Of a DNA stretch of 64,000 nucleotides, positions 50,901 through 63,700 are shown one piece after another. Source of the stretch: Catajapyx aquilonaris (taxonomy: Eukaryota); contig JYFJ02001407.1 in assembly GCA_000934665.2 (NCBI GenBank), positions 1 to 64,000 on the forward strand, written 5' to 3'. Position 1 is the first letter of the stretch. The number at the start of each line of letters is the position of its first letter. The translations under genes were made by a program, and so were the position numbers. Below the pieces are notes generated by a model. The model did no database searches. It worked only from the letters and a program-made list of their open reading frames with translations, and was not told the origin of the DNA.

Positions 50901-53900
50901 TATATACGACAACAATGTAATAAACTTCTGTCCAGACATTGTGGGACACCCTGTCGTTTATATAGTTCCTGTTCTCTCATTACGATATCGCCACTGCGCA
51001 AACCTCATTTGTGTTTTATATGTTGCAGTTTCTGCCATGTGTTGCAATAAAGCGTCCATTTTACTGTGTAATGTCCATTATTGTGGCAGTATTGTCCATT
51101 TTATTTGTTCCAGACGAATACAATCTGCTGTAATACTGCTAAATGCATAACTCGCTATCCCTTTCCATACAAACAAAGTGATGCCAAATCACGCCCAAAG
51201 TATAGATGACGTCATCGTTACTTTGGGCTGGGCAGCAGAAGCGGCCTTAGGGGCGGCCCCTGTGCAGATGGGCCGGACAGCAGTGGGACGTTTCCGGGGG
51301 CGCGGGGCATCCCTTGAAGATGCCCAACTACGTACAGGTCACCACGGCAGATCGATCCAAGTCGCCCAAAGCCGCCATCTTTGCTTTGGGCGACAGGCAC
51401 AAACTCCATGCGAAAACTGGCTTCACTTTTTCTTGGAAGTTATGCATCTAGCAGTATATACTAAGAGTATATTATAGCATATCTTTGGGCGGGGTCCTCC
51501 CTCCCTCCCTCCCTCCCTCCCTCTCCCCTTGCTTCCCCAACGCCACCGCCAGGTGACTCCCACGCCCATTCAGGCGCGGACCTGGTAGCGACAGTATGGC
51601 GACAGTGATAAGCTAAGTCTATGGTCATTCTTATCTCAGCAGTGCAAGCACGGGGTTGGACAAGAAAAGGTTCTATTCTCTTATATCCTCCTGAGACCTG
51701 AGAAGCATTTTTTAACGCAATGTCAGTTCCTATTGCATTTTCTGAACATGTTCCCAATAAGAAACGAGAAAAAAATTTTAGTTTTAAAATATCGACAAAA
51801 ATGGCGACAAACAACCAATGGGAACATTATGACCCAATTGGTGCTACAAAAGCAGAACGGATGAAAGCTGAAAATTGAAATACCACTTAATGGATCACTC
51901 ACATAGTGCTCTATCCTCCAAACAATTTTTTAAAAATTCATTTGTGAAATTAGTGGTAGTAATTCCTCTCAGAAGACAATTAAAGATAAATGAAATCATT
52001 TTTTAACGCCACCACTCCAGGCATGGGGCTTGCTCCTTCCCTTCTTACCCGCTAAAGTGGTACCTTGCTATTCTAGATTTTAAAACTGAACTGCATAGTG
52101 CAAAGCCAACTTCCTTATGGGTGTATAGGTACAGGCACGTAAAGAAAAGTCACACCCATTCAGCTAAAAATGCCATTTTTCGGATGTCCATTTAAATGGA
52201 CATTTTGTCTCAGGAAGAAAAGAAAATGACCAGTTCTCTACAGCAACAAAGATTGTCACAGAATCATCTTTTCGCAGTTCCTAAGACACATTCCTTGCGA
52301 ATCCCAGGACATTCACTGCATTGCGAAAATCGCATTCTAAATATGAGTAAAAAAATAAAACTGATCCGATGAGCGCCTAAGCTTCAGCAGCGGAATCCGC
52401 CATTTTGTCCGTGATTTAATTTTCGCGGCCCAAGCCAGATATTCGACGCTAGGTGGCTACAGCTATTGAGGCCAGATTGTAACCATGGGATACCAGCCTA
52501 TTACAGTTCTGTTGGCATCACTGGTTGGCGCCAAAAAAATCTTTTGCTGATGTCGACATATGTCGACACCAGGTCTCAGGAGGATATTTGGTTCGATTTT
52601 GATCTATTCTGTTCGATTTTGGTTCTATTCTGTTCCATTCCATGGCACATTCCGTTCCGATTTTGTTCTCGTCCGTTCGATTTTGGTTCAATTTGTTCTG
52701 TTCTGTTCGAAACTTGCAGGATAGCAGTCTCTGAGCATCGCCACTAGCATTTTGAATAATCATGGTGAGTTATTATCAGAAATTATCAGTAATATATTGT
52801 TCCTTCACCGTGAGTGCAATTGCATAAAGTTACATAGAGCCAAAATTACATAAAATGCTCATTACAGGGTCGCACTATCCTGCTTGTCCAGGTAAATTCT
52901 GACGTCAAGAGCAGGACATACTTTAACTATAGCAGCGCGTATGATTGCTTCGAGGGTAAGTAGTACATTTGGTAATCACTCTAGACTCTAGAGCAATATT
53001 TAAGTGCTTGCATTTGCAGGAGTGTGCAAATGGTACGAAGACCATCTGAGGCACCTGTACCCAAACCAGCTGACATACACGTACACTATTGATGATCTCT
53101 TTAACTTTATGGATGAAATGTGTAATGTCTCTTGCTTGGTGTAAGTATATTTGAGAGTAAGCTCGGAGTATGATTTAATTGACAATTTTTGTGTAGGTAC
53201 TATTGGTCAACCAAGAGTTATGCCATGTTCAACCGGAAGTGGGTGAAAGACGGGATCTACATCCACCTAAGGGGTCAAGCTAAACCACAGCAGGGAGAAT
53301 AACCTTGCAAAACCCCATGTTATTGCATTTTCTATCGTACAATGTATGGTATTTTTTTAAATATTTATACCGAAATAGATTGCAATTAACAAGACTACAG
53401 TGAGAGTTAAATTATTATTTTTTGTTTAGCAACACCCAGTACAATAGCTTTTGGAGATAACAATAAGTTACTTGTAGGGCTACTGTACTGTACATGAATG
53501 ACAGACTTCATGTGAGCAGGAGCTACATGCAGGATTTCTGACCAGAACATATTTTCATTTTATCATTCTGTAGAATAAGGTACCGGTATGTCAAAAAAAG
53601 GTTTGGCCCGAGGTATACTGCTGGTGCCCTACAACAGTCAGCACTTGATTAAGGGGAAAGTTAAACTCTTGACCTTCATAAGTGCTGATGGCTGCTGTAG
53701 TCACACAGGCATCAGCACTTCTTATGAATTGAAGTTGAAGAGAAAAGAGTGGTGGTACTCTGGCACTAAATTATTGTAAGTGCCAGAATTAACAAAACCA
53801 CCACTGGCCGAAATGTTTTTTGACAGATATTATACACAGATTACGAGGTATATTACGAGATTTAGAGTCATGATTTACTTTCGTAAGCAAATGCTAGCTA

Positions 53901-56900
53901 TTACATGTAATGCTGAATAAATGTAAAGTACCAGTACTATATAGTTAAATGCCATATAGCCCTGTGGGCTGTGGTAGTAACAAGAGAAATCCTGTAGAGG
54001 AATTACGGAATAACTTGTGGAAGAAGCAAACTCTGCTCCCACTGTAAAAATACTTAGGCAAGGGGTAGGAAAATGTGTTATAACTATTAATTCTGCACTT
54101 CTGGCTGAACAACACAACAACTAAATAATAATTTAATTTTTGCTCCTAAACAAGATCAGTTTCCTTTGAGCCTAGTATGGTTAGACTCAAAGATAACCCT
54201 AGTTAGGTGTTGTACTCCTGTATCAATAAACGGCCATCTTGCTGACATTGCTGTTCGTAATATAGGCCTACCATATCCATATTTATCAAATAATCATATT
54301 CCCATGTTCTAGCTACACTGCAACAGTCATACAGGCTATCCACCATTCTTGATGTTGTCATGAAGTCTATTATTATCATATTATGCTAATGCAAGCTTTA
54401 GATATTACATTTTAATGTTACACCACCTGGTTTGCCACTCATACCTTTGCTGATTTCACTCAGAACGTTGTGGCTGACATTCAACTTCCTTAGCTTCCCT
54501 GTGCCAATGTTGATATCTTTGTCCAAAATTGGAATTACGTTGTAACTCAAATCCACGTCGTGCAATTTATATGGTATATATCGATTTGAAGGGAATGTCT
54601 TCTTGGTAATAAATGAAATTTTGTTGTTGCTCAGGTTTACCTGTTGATAAAAACACATTTTTAGTGTATGGTTGTGGAAACTTTTGGTTTTGCTATGCAC
54701 AAAATTGATACGCTGTTGAAATTATTTACATTTTCCACAATCAACCCTCATTTCAGATAAAAAAGGCAATCCAGAATATCCAGAATGGAATTTGTTATAT
54801 TCCTATTGGCCATTCCTATCATTTCCTATCATTCCTATCATTTTCTATTTTAGGGGCCATTAAATTTCATTGATAAATATTCTAACATCCAATATGTTCA
54901 TATGCAGAAAAGAAAAAGGAACATTCAAAAGGTGAGATGCAGTTAAATACACTATACAGGGTGTTTGTGAACCGACCAGTCAGACCTGTACCCGTGGCTC
55001 CATTGACAAGATCATGTTATGTAGAGGAGTCATTATGTCTGGGCAGCCTCATTACTGAGATAAATTGATCATTTGCGATTTAGCGATTGGGCGTAAGAGT
55101 GATTGTCACAGATTGTCACAGATCACATGTGACATGCAGTACACATGCGACATGCTAGCAGCCAAATGAAAAAGCTGCTATTTTCACCCGTGATACGATT
55201 TCGGGGCTGAAGGTTTCCATACCTCCCAGGATACTTACTACCACTTGTACTTTGAAGGCAATTATCTCAGTAATGAGGCTGCCCAGACATAATGACTCCT
55301 CTACATAACGTGATCCTCTGGTGTCAATGGAGCCACGGGTACAGGTCTGACTGGTGGGTTCACGACCACCCTGTATACCGTACTGTATTAACCCTTAACT
55401 ACGTAGGTGGAGCCTGAGAGGCTCCAACCACTATTCAAACGCATGTAACTTTTTAATTAAAGGATTTTTCCCCCTGTCCTTCCGTGACTGTCACAAAAAT
55501 CTTCCTAAGCATGAAAAGAAGAAGAAGAAAATTTTAGTCACCATTTTTTGGCTGAAAAAAAATCGTAACGAGGAACATGTCCCTACTGGAGCCGCTCAGG
55601 CTCCACCTACGTAGTTAAGGATGTCGTATTTTTCCCTATCTCCGTGGAGAGCGTCTGAATTGGTTTCGTCACACTTCTCCCGAAACAAATTCGCCGGACG
55701 AAAATTCGCCCGATATACCGGTACAAACGCGAGGACTGCTTGAGTTTGTACCGGTATATCGGCCGAATTTTCGTCGCGATAGGGGGACAAAAAACAACAC
55801 CCTTAACTACGTAGGTGGAGCCTGAGCGGCTCCAAGGTGGCACCTGTTCCTCGTTACGATTTTTTTTCTGTCGGAATATGCTGACTCAACGTGTGATTTT
55901 TACGTTTTCGGAAGCCCAATGATCTGAACTGCACTTTCTGTATGTGAAAAGTCCAATATAACAATTTAGTTGATAAGCAGAGATTGAAATATACCGTTGG
56001 AGCCTCTCAGGCTCCACCTACGTAGTTAAAGGTGTTTCACCCACCTACGTAGTTAAGGGTTAACAGATATTCTCAAATATAAGAAATCTCCGGACAGCTA
56101 TGTAAATGTTGGAATCCAGACTATTTCACACTGCTATTTAAATATTTTATACAGTATATAAACAAACTGTCCCCCTTATGAGAATACACGTGATACAACA
56201 CTATCATAGTGTGGCCTGTGCATTTATGACATGCATGCTGTTTATGGAAGTTGTTGTTGTAATTTTTTGGAGTGGGAGTGTGTGTTATTTACATATGTTT
56301 GAAATTACACAGGATTTTCAAATACCCTATCTGAAGACCTGAAATGCAGGACGATCAGAGTCACATTTTGGCCTATTGCAATGCAGTCCTTGACTTGTAC
56401 TGGGTAATTTCTGATTGTCAAGCCAGCTTTCTGATAACTATGTATCATCTTATTAACAGTCTATAAACATGTTTAAAAATTATACCATTTAAAAAATGCA
56501 ATCATATAACTTCAAACTCTCCCCTCTACATATCATTCCAATGTGATTCTAACAATCCTCTATTTCAAGATAGTCTTCATTTAAAAAAATATATATATAT
56601 GTTTATTTTTACCCCGTGATAGGCCTCCATGGGCCCTTTTGGGGGGTGGCACACCACCATCAGTTTTCTGATTTATTTAACTTCAATCTCTGGTGCAAGG
56701 AAACAAGGACATTAGGTAATGATAGGGATTTTTGGGGAGGGGTGGGGAGGGGACAAGGGTGCAGGTGCAATGTCTCAAGTTTGGGCCATGTGCAGTCCCC
56801 CAGGAGGTTAGGTAACCTGACAACTCCAAGGTGCTGGTCAGAGACCATGGGCGTAGCCAGGATTTTTTTTAAGGGCCCCACCTGTCCTCATCCTCCGCTG

Positions 56901-59430
56901 ACTGCCTGGATCAAACCTGGACCTTTCACTCAGCAAGCTATGAATGCAGATTCTGATTCTTAATCCTTGAAACGATTAGGGCCTGTTCACTTAAAAATCA
57001 AACTCATACAAAATTATGGTCTCCTACAGAGGAGCATAAATGACTGAAAACCTTAGGAGATATTACTACTAAACCTGCATAAGTCATTAAATTGATGACT
57101 TCATTTGGAGAATGATTTTCCTCTTTAATTTTTGCCTCATAATATTAATTAGGACTTGAGCATGCACTGCTAAATATCTACATTTATAAGTTAGTTACCC
57201 GCTCTAGAGATAAACAGTCTTCCAATAGACTGTTTGTTTTGTTATCGATGGTTTCCAAATAATTGTGTGACAAGTCCATGGCCCGCAGCGATACCAATCC
57301 TGGAAGAAAGAAATAGTATCAGTTTTATCACAGCCCATTTGAAATATTAAACCTATACAAACCTTGGAAAGCTCCATTGGGAATCTTAGTCAGGTTGTTT
57401 GCACTCACATTGAGCACGACAAGTTGAAGCAGCCCTTCGAAAGCTTTCTCTGAGATATTAAAAATTTTATTGCCAGCCAAGTGAATCTCAAAAACCACCG
57501 GCAAGTGCCCAAAGGCTCTCTTTGGCAAGTGGGTGACATTATTGTAGTTCATCTTCAGATACTGGAGACTTGTCAGTTCACCGAGAGCTTGCCATGGAAT
57601 TTTGGATATATTATTGTAGCTCATGTCCAGGTAACGCAGCGTTAACAAGTTCGTGAGAGAACCTGATTGCAGCGAATCCCCTAATAAATTATTGCTGATG
57701 TCCAAGTGAAGGAGAGAGTTCATGACAGGCCAGGGTCGATTTGAGGGAAACTCAGTGATGAGGTTGTGGCTGAGGTGGAGATAGTTCAGGGATATGGGGA
57801 GCTTGAAAGGAATTGCGAGTTTGTTATGATCCAAGTAGAGAATCCTTAAGGACGCCATGTTGGCGAAGGCACCAGAGCTGACCTTGGTCAGATTGTTGTG
57901 GCTCATGTTAAGCTCAAGCAGTGTAGGAATGGTTCCAATCGTACCAGGGGTCAACACGTTGAGTTCGTTGTGGCTCAGGTCAATGAATCGGATGCTGAAT
58001 AGGTTCTGGAACACAGCTGATCCTATTTCGCGTAGCTTATTGTGGCTGGCATCCACAGTGTGCAGTTCGTACAATTTTGGGATACTGTTTCTTGGGATTC
58101 GCTCCAGATTGTTGTAGGAAATGTTGAGCATCTGCAAACCCGTCATGTTTTTGATTGGAACATCCGAGAGACTGACTAGTTTGTTGAACTGCAGGTAATA
58201 GTTCACTGCGTAACTAAATTCGTCAAAGGCACCTCGGGTAAAATTCGTCAGGTTGTTATGCGACAAGTCCAGGTTGGTGATGTTGACGCAGGTCTGGAAG
58301 GCACCCGCTGCAATGGTGTGCAGGTTGTTGTGACTTACATTGATGTGTACGTAACTGAGCCCTACGAATGCTGAGTCCCGAATGGTGCCAATCTGGTTTT
58401 CAGCTATGTCAATGATTTCGCACAATGGTAGATTGTAGAACATTTGATAGTCAGCCATAGTCAGCTTATTCCGAGCAAAGTCTAAAGTTCCGACTCTGGA
58501 CACGCTGGAGAACGTTCCTCGACCAATATCTGATATTTCATTGTCGCTAAAATAGAGCCGACGAATAAGACGTAGTCCTCGGAAGGAGTTGGAATCCAAT
58601 CTCTTGAGCTTGTTGTGGTTCATGTGCAATACCCTGAGGAGCGTGTTTCGTGCGAAGGCCCCACGCTTAAAATCCCCGATCGAATTGTGACTCATGTTAC
58701 ACCACAACATCTTGGACAGATCTCCAAAATACGCCGGGTCCAGCTTTTGAAAGCTATTATGTGACAGATCTAAATATTCCAAATCTCGAAGCGACTGGAA
58801 GCTTCCTCTGACGATATCCTTCAGGTTGTTCCCGTGCAAGTCCAGCCGATGCAGCTTTCTTAGTCCAGACAATGAATCCTTCTTCAAGCTGTCAATCTTG
58901 GCATTGTTGAGGGACAAGCTCTTCAACTTGGCCAAAGGGGCAAAGGATGCGGACGGCACCTCCTTGATCTGGCTACCTTGTATGTGCAGCACAGTCAGAT
59001 TGTACAAGTTCTCTAGAGCGTCTACTGGAACTTGTTGGAGTTGCGTGTCAATTAGATACAGCTCCTCCAGGGTATAATTCATGCCCCAAAAAGTTTCGCG
59101 CTCGACAATTTCAATAGGTGTTTCTTGGATACGAAGCACTCGAGCAGGAAGAGGATGAAAGATGCTGCCATAAAGACGCCGGATATGCGCCTGCTTGATG
59201 GTCAACACTTCGATTTTGGTGTGGTGTATGTTGGACAGTCCCACCGAGATGGAAGCCAGATTGGAGTTGACGCAGGACACATCGATGCCATCGTCGCCTT
59301 CTCTGGTGCACTCGCAAGGGTAGATGAGCTTGTAGTCAGGACAGCGGTATTTCGGTGCAGGAGGAACATAACCAGCTAAGCAGCTGCTGAACACCACGGC
59401 TCCTAGTAGAAGCCATATTGCAATTTTCAT
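38944..59430 (-). CDS. Extracellular leucine-rich-repeat protein (chaoptin/artichoke/ALS family; resembles insect convoluted/dALS from memory), ~1068 aa, 6 coding exons
   Basis: Exons 59430-57363, 57299-57199, 54640-54445, 40593-40330, 40162-39937, 39295-38944 are phase-compatible (3207 nt). Signal peptide, LRRNT (CPDYKLIYPCEC), ~30 LxxLxLxxN repeats, LRRCT (GNPMNCDC), FN3-like tail (LKLSWYV), hydrophobic C-terminus (GPI/TM). An acceptor at ~59507 implies an upstream non-coding exon. Confidence 0.93.
41839..42608. mobile_element. PIF/Harbinger-like MITE
   Basis: tta|ggccgagcgcaaatcatgcaaattcggtg ... caccgaatttgcatgatttgcgcccggcc|tta. Confidence 0.85.
42612..42770. mobile_element. PIF/Harbinger-like fold-back MITE abutting the previous one at a shared TTA
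   Basis: tta|ggccgggttgcaccatctcccggaaaatt ... aattttccgggagacgttgcaacccgttc|tta. Confidence 0.85.
42804..43293. mobile_element. Fold-back element (~215-bp arms)
   Basis: cagggaacatatactacataagagg ... cctcttatgtagtatatgctccctg; explains the mirrored MT(C/W)PPKPSKMADLYG ORFs. Confidence 0.85.
43503..43844 (-). mobile_element. tRNA-derived SINE with target-site duplication
   Basis: A box TGGCCGTGATGG, B box GGTTCGATCCCC, A-rich tail, flanking duplication ccaattcccttta (43487, 43845); interrupts a gacagccaa/tacagccaa motif array. Confidence 0.85.
45031..45388. mobile_element. Near-perfect palindromic (fold-back) element, ~160-bp arms and ~30-nt spacer
   Basis: agtaaaactgcagaaaactattcttcctctgggtgaga...gaattaggcaga is mirrored almost base for base. 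Confidence 0.9.
45860..46171 (+). mobile_element. Non-autonomous canonical Helitron
   Basis: A|TC start (tctctatctctatctctataaataa), gtttgtc motifs, 3' hairpin acccgggcaacgccgggt then CTAG|T. Confidence 0.8.
46766..48480 (-). pseudogene. Decayed Helitron RepHel gene (N-terminal Cys-rich region fused by deletion to PIF1-like helicase)
   Basis: Frameshifted pieces: CHFC...FTTCCRKGKV; NIRSYNSAASFASMGA...GPYVFKVHGQIFH; IIIDEITM...PFGGKVVVIGGDFRQTLPVV; PSGMPPHKLLLKQGVVVMLLRNL; AYAMTINKSHGQT...VFSHGQLNVALSR. HUH Rep core and Walker A not seen. Confidence 0.92.
48565..48907. mobile_element. TA-flanked fold-back MITE inserted just upstream of the RepHel relic; shorter relative of 14433-15096
   Basis: ta|cagtgctggacatattagccgtcgctgaatg ... 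cattcagcgacggctaatttgtccagcactg|ta; ~150-bp near-identical arms. Confidence 0.9.
49275..49724 (-). mobile_element. tRNA-derived SINE with 14-bp target-site duplication
   Basis: B box GGTTCGAGTCCC, poly-A tail, duplication catgacccacgatt at 49261 and 49725; 3' part shared with 43503-43844 and 56606-56945. Confidence 0.88.
49850..50113. mobile_element. Tc1/mariner-type MITE fragment; inverted relative at ~46340-46525
   Basis: cagggtgttcc(t/c)tgtaa termini; shared block ttcctctaaaatgtaaccagaaaaacgtg. Confidence 0.7.
50845..53310 (-). repeat. Dispersed repeat, copy B (inverted relative to 9680-10740), interrupted by extra sequence
   Basis: Homologous segments ~50845-51115, ~51595-51626 and ~52580-53300 in colinear reverse order. 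Confidence 0.8.
54957..55373. mobile_element. Tc1/mariner-type MITE with ~110-bp TIRs
   Basis: ta|cagggtgtttgtgaaccgaccagtcagacctgtacccgtggctcc ... ggagccacgggtacaggtctgactggtgggttcacgaccaccctg|ta. Confidence 0.9.
55392..56059. mobile_element. piggyBac-like MITE with internally reiterated terminal motif
   Basis: ttaa|cccttaactacgtaggtgg ... ccacctacgtagttaaggg|ttaa; the motif recurs at ~55590 (rc), ~55801 and ~56000 (rc). Confidence 0.9.
56606..56945 (-). mobile_element. Degenerate SINE copy, same family as 43503-43844
   Basis: Shared blocks ttaccccgtg, atagggatttttgggg, ccccaggaggttaggt, cctttcactcagcaagc. Confidence 0.75.
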
Positions 59431-60559
59431 CGCGACTTATATTTCTTGGTCAGCATGTCAGCAGGGTGGGTCATGACTCGAAGAAAGCATGTTATAAGCT
59501 GAATGACCTGAAATTTAAAAGTAGATGATTAGAACAATAACGTTTATGTTCACGAGCCAATGAATGAATGTGCAATAACCACAGGTATAAGAACTTCATG
59601 AATACCTGAAATTCATAACGGTCATAGTTACATTTTGGTCGAAAGTGAGTTGGGCATTGTTTATTATACAGTATATAGTAATGATGGTGAAGCTTGGATC
59701 GATTTTTTATGTGTCGCCAATAACTTGGACCTAAGCAGTTAAAGTGGCATTGGAATTATTTTTGGATTGTTGGGTAAACCCCCTCGAAATGAAAAAAACC
59801 CAGAAGGGTTACGAAAGGATTGTTAAAAATAAAAATACAGTTTCTGATGGTGAAAACAAATTTTTGAAAAGGCCCCCAGAGGGAATTAAAAACGAAAAAA
59901 AAAAATCCCACAAAGAACGATGCAATCTTTAAATTTCAGCTCTGTGTCTATATCAGTCGAATGTTACTCGGATCGTTCTGCAATTCAGGTCTTACAGTAT
60001 CAAAAAATGTTTTGGACAATATAATAGTCTAACCTGGTGCTATATACAGTATGATCATCAACACTCTATACCTATAGCAAGAAAGTTAGGCAAAAATAAA
60101 ACCTATAGTTGGCTTCCTAGAGGTTATTTCACTTGCACATTCAATTACCGGTACTAGTCATAAAAGCTTTCTTTTTGACATCAGTAGAAGATCGGTACCC
60201 AACACCTACAAGTTGACCGAAGGCACGTCCAAGAAAAACAGCTTACGACTGAAAAACTAGCCAAATTCCGCGCATTGAGATGACCTTTGGGATAGCTTCC
60301 GTGTGGGTGCTGAGGTCAAACTGTGCATCTGCCCACCCGAAAACAAAATGCAGGTCGTTCGGGGCCAAGACCCACAAATATGGACAGCAGACAGGTTGTA
60401 GAAAATGCAAGCGGTTTTTTGAAAGTTAATCCGGTTTTTGATTACGCAAACAAAATTGCATCTTACTCCAATTGCCATGTGTGGGATCTTAGCTTTGTAG
60501 TAAAGTTGAAGGATTTCATAGCAACTGTCTATTTCTCGCAATAATGAAGCTATCGTCGC

Positions 60560-60725
60560 AGCACCCGCAGCCTGCTCAGGATAGTCCTACACGTGTTCCT
60601 AACATGTCCATTAGGAGTGATATACTGACAAGCATGAAATTTTTATATGGGGGGGTTGAGAAGTTGGTCTCCTCACGCCTACAGACGTCGCGTCGTCAGG
60701 ATTCGAACCTGGATTTCGGATTTCT
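60560..60725 (-). mobile_element. Possible SINE remnant
   Basis: Isolated B box GGTTCGAATCC on the minus strand at ~60699-60709; no A box or cloverleaf. Confidence 0.3.
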
Positions 60726-63700
60726 GTAAATAATAATTTTAAAAAATGCCAAATCGACCAGGAAGACTTACACTGGTTTACACAACCCCAAGCTGGCAAT
60801 GAAGACCATACCATTAACGTAATGCATCATTATTTCAGTATCTGTTATCTAGAGCGAAAGCAGCTAATACTTTTGATAACATAAACTAGAATTATCATCC
60901 AAAAAAATCGCTAGCCTTTCAATATGCTGAGTCTACAGATTTTAGCTATCAACTACGGAATTCAGTAAACTCCAGTGTGAAAATGAAAATGTATGAAAAA
61001 TGCAGGCGCAATCATATATGCAATTGTGAGCGATGTTTTATCAATAATAATGTAAGGTTCCATAATAATTATAAGCATGCAATCACAGCTTACAAACTTT
61101 ACATCGATCGAACGTATCATTTTATCAGCATGGGCGCGACACTTGTACAATAACTGTAATGTTCCCACTCTGGATTGCAGCTGTTTTTATACTGATGTGG
61201 GAGTTTACTGTTAGTGACCCACTATTGACCGTCTCCTACGCTCCATTGTTGCTCACGTTCTAGCCAAAGATTAGGGAAATATTTTTTTCTACAGAACAAC
61301 GAACCATTCGTATATTTTCTTCCACTGTTTTGTTATCAATTTCTATCGTGACAAGTAGACCTGAACGATTCCTAAACCACCCCCTGGCAACGCCTCCTAG
61401 TTGCAAGGTTTCCACGTGAAAGGTGATGACTAAATTATTGAACGAAAATGAAAGTTTCCCAGCGTTTCAGGTGACCTGTTTCTTACGGTGCCAAAAACTA
61501 ATACAAAATCTTACGCTAATAAATAAAATGGAGCTCTTAGATTTCCAGACCAAGATGTGACAGTTTTGTAATATAATTATATTATAAGCGGAAAAAGGCA
61601 CTTTAAAAACGGGAAGACAGACTATGAGAAATATTTTCATTATCGCCCAGTAGATTAGACAGACGTAATTCACATGGAAATCTCGTTGCTATGAGGCATT
61701 GCCTGCTGGGATATGTAGCGGGTGCACTTGCACGGAAGTTGGTAAGTTAATGCAATTATCATGTCATATCTCACACACCTGCATATTTTCATGTTAGTTT
61801 TGTTACTTACTACTTCCTATATGCAGATACTATCATATAACCTTCTGGAACACTACAGCCATAAACATGGCGCTCTTATTTTTTTTAACGCTCATTGCAG
61901 TGTCTGTAGAATATGGCGTTAGTTGACCCCCCCCCCCCTCCCCCAGAACGAAATGTGAGACCTATTTCTCAATTAGTAAATTTCTGTGCAGTGCGAGTTA
62001 CGTAACCAGGTAATTTTGTTGGCGGATTTATTAACTTACAGCCTAATTAATTAGTTCTGCACCAGTGTGTATAAACGTGGTTTTATATGCGATTAACTAA
62101 TAATAATATTGCTAATAACTCAAAATCACATTGTCATTTTTTTTAAAGAATCGCGCAAAATGGAAAACGCGTTTCTTTAAAAAAAATCTAAAATTTGATT
62201 TTGAGTAATTAGCTATTATGAAAAAGCCTTGGAAAAAGCAAAGAGAGCCTCATTGAATGGTACTGAATATGCTCCAAAAATTGTTCATTTGGTTTGATTT
62301 GGTTTCTAAAATCTTGATTCCTATAAGAAACCATTGCAAGATTCCATCTTTTTTCTAGATTAGCTAAAGCTGTTGAAAGTGGAGATGAATTATTTTTATT
62401 CAGATCTTGAATTATTATTATTGACAGTTTTGTGCTCTTATCTGCTTATGGTGGATGCTCAAATGCTGGGCTATATACACAAAGGCCACTTTCCTAGCCA
62501 AACGAATATTTTCTGCATCTGTCTCTTTCCCGGCTTGACATAACTGCCAGTAAGCGTATAATATACTCATTGTGCTCATTCCATTCACAAAACCTTTTGA
62601 AAGAGGCCTAGACCAAGTGTGTGCTAATCCCTGAGCTCTTCACGAAACACGTCAGTGCAAAAAGTTGCACTTTTCGTTCGCGCAACTTCGCTAAATCTGG
62701 TGAGTGTTAATTTTAGGTCGTGTCCTCTGCGTCGACTTTTCTCCTCTTCTTGTCACTAGTCATCACAGAAATATGCACTGGTTCTCCAAACTACCCTTTC
62801 GACACACACGACACAAGCAACTCATCAGTTGGAACACCAGCGACTATCTGCCTTGCTATCTGCACCACGATCTCTGAGAGGCCCCAGGGTATAGAACCAA
62901 AATATGGGAAGAAGGAAATGCGGCTGATATTTTCCGTCGGTTCCCAGGCTGGTAAATTGATCCCATATGGTAGCCTAACCATTTCCTACGATCGACAGGG
63001 GGTCCTTTCAAGCAGGGGTCATTTCTTAGAAGTGAAAACGTGTGCAGAACAGGCCTCGCGCTTTGGAAGACAACGGGCAACTTACGGAATTGTACAAAAC
63101 TGAGAAATCCCCGCATATTGTCATTCTTTCATTGTCCTACTAAAAAATTTAAAATTAAAAAATTAAAAAATCCTTCCTGCATTATATGCCAGATTCTTGA
63201 AACGAACACATCTGGTAAAAAGGACTCCCCAACCTAAACTATGTTACCTTATAACAACATGTGCGAGCCTTCGCCTTCGATAAGTGCAGCGAGGCACTTG
63301 CTTCTCCCTCGCAGTGCATGGGGTCTCCCTCCCTAATTACTGCCAGGCCCCGCGCTTCCAATTTCATCAATACACACTCCTTCAACTCTGCCACATTCAA
63401 CTAAGCTCATGTAACCTTGAACCCCCAAATAAATTTCGCCTGCGCCGGGTTTTTGCTCCCCGCCCTCTACTGCTAATCCGCACCCGAACATTTTCGGCTT
63501 GCGCCCCTCAGCTGTACGTTATTAGAGAAAGTCAACCAACAAAATTTTTGGATACGCAATTCGTGTTGTTTATAAATTCACTCACTGAGAATAGGCCCCG
63601 CACCCACCTAGGGCCGGCCCTGCCCACCCGACATGGAACCTGGACTTATAATTTCGTTAATTGTCCCCAGTACGGACCAGTCATCTGCCCCGTCCGGCTT

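Noticed and set aside
57857..59379. Plus-strand ORFs opposite the large LRR exon
   Set aside because: Antisense shadows of the coding strand.
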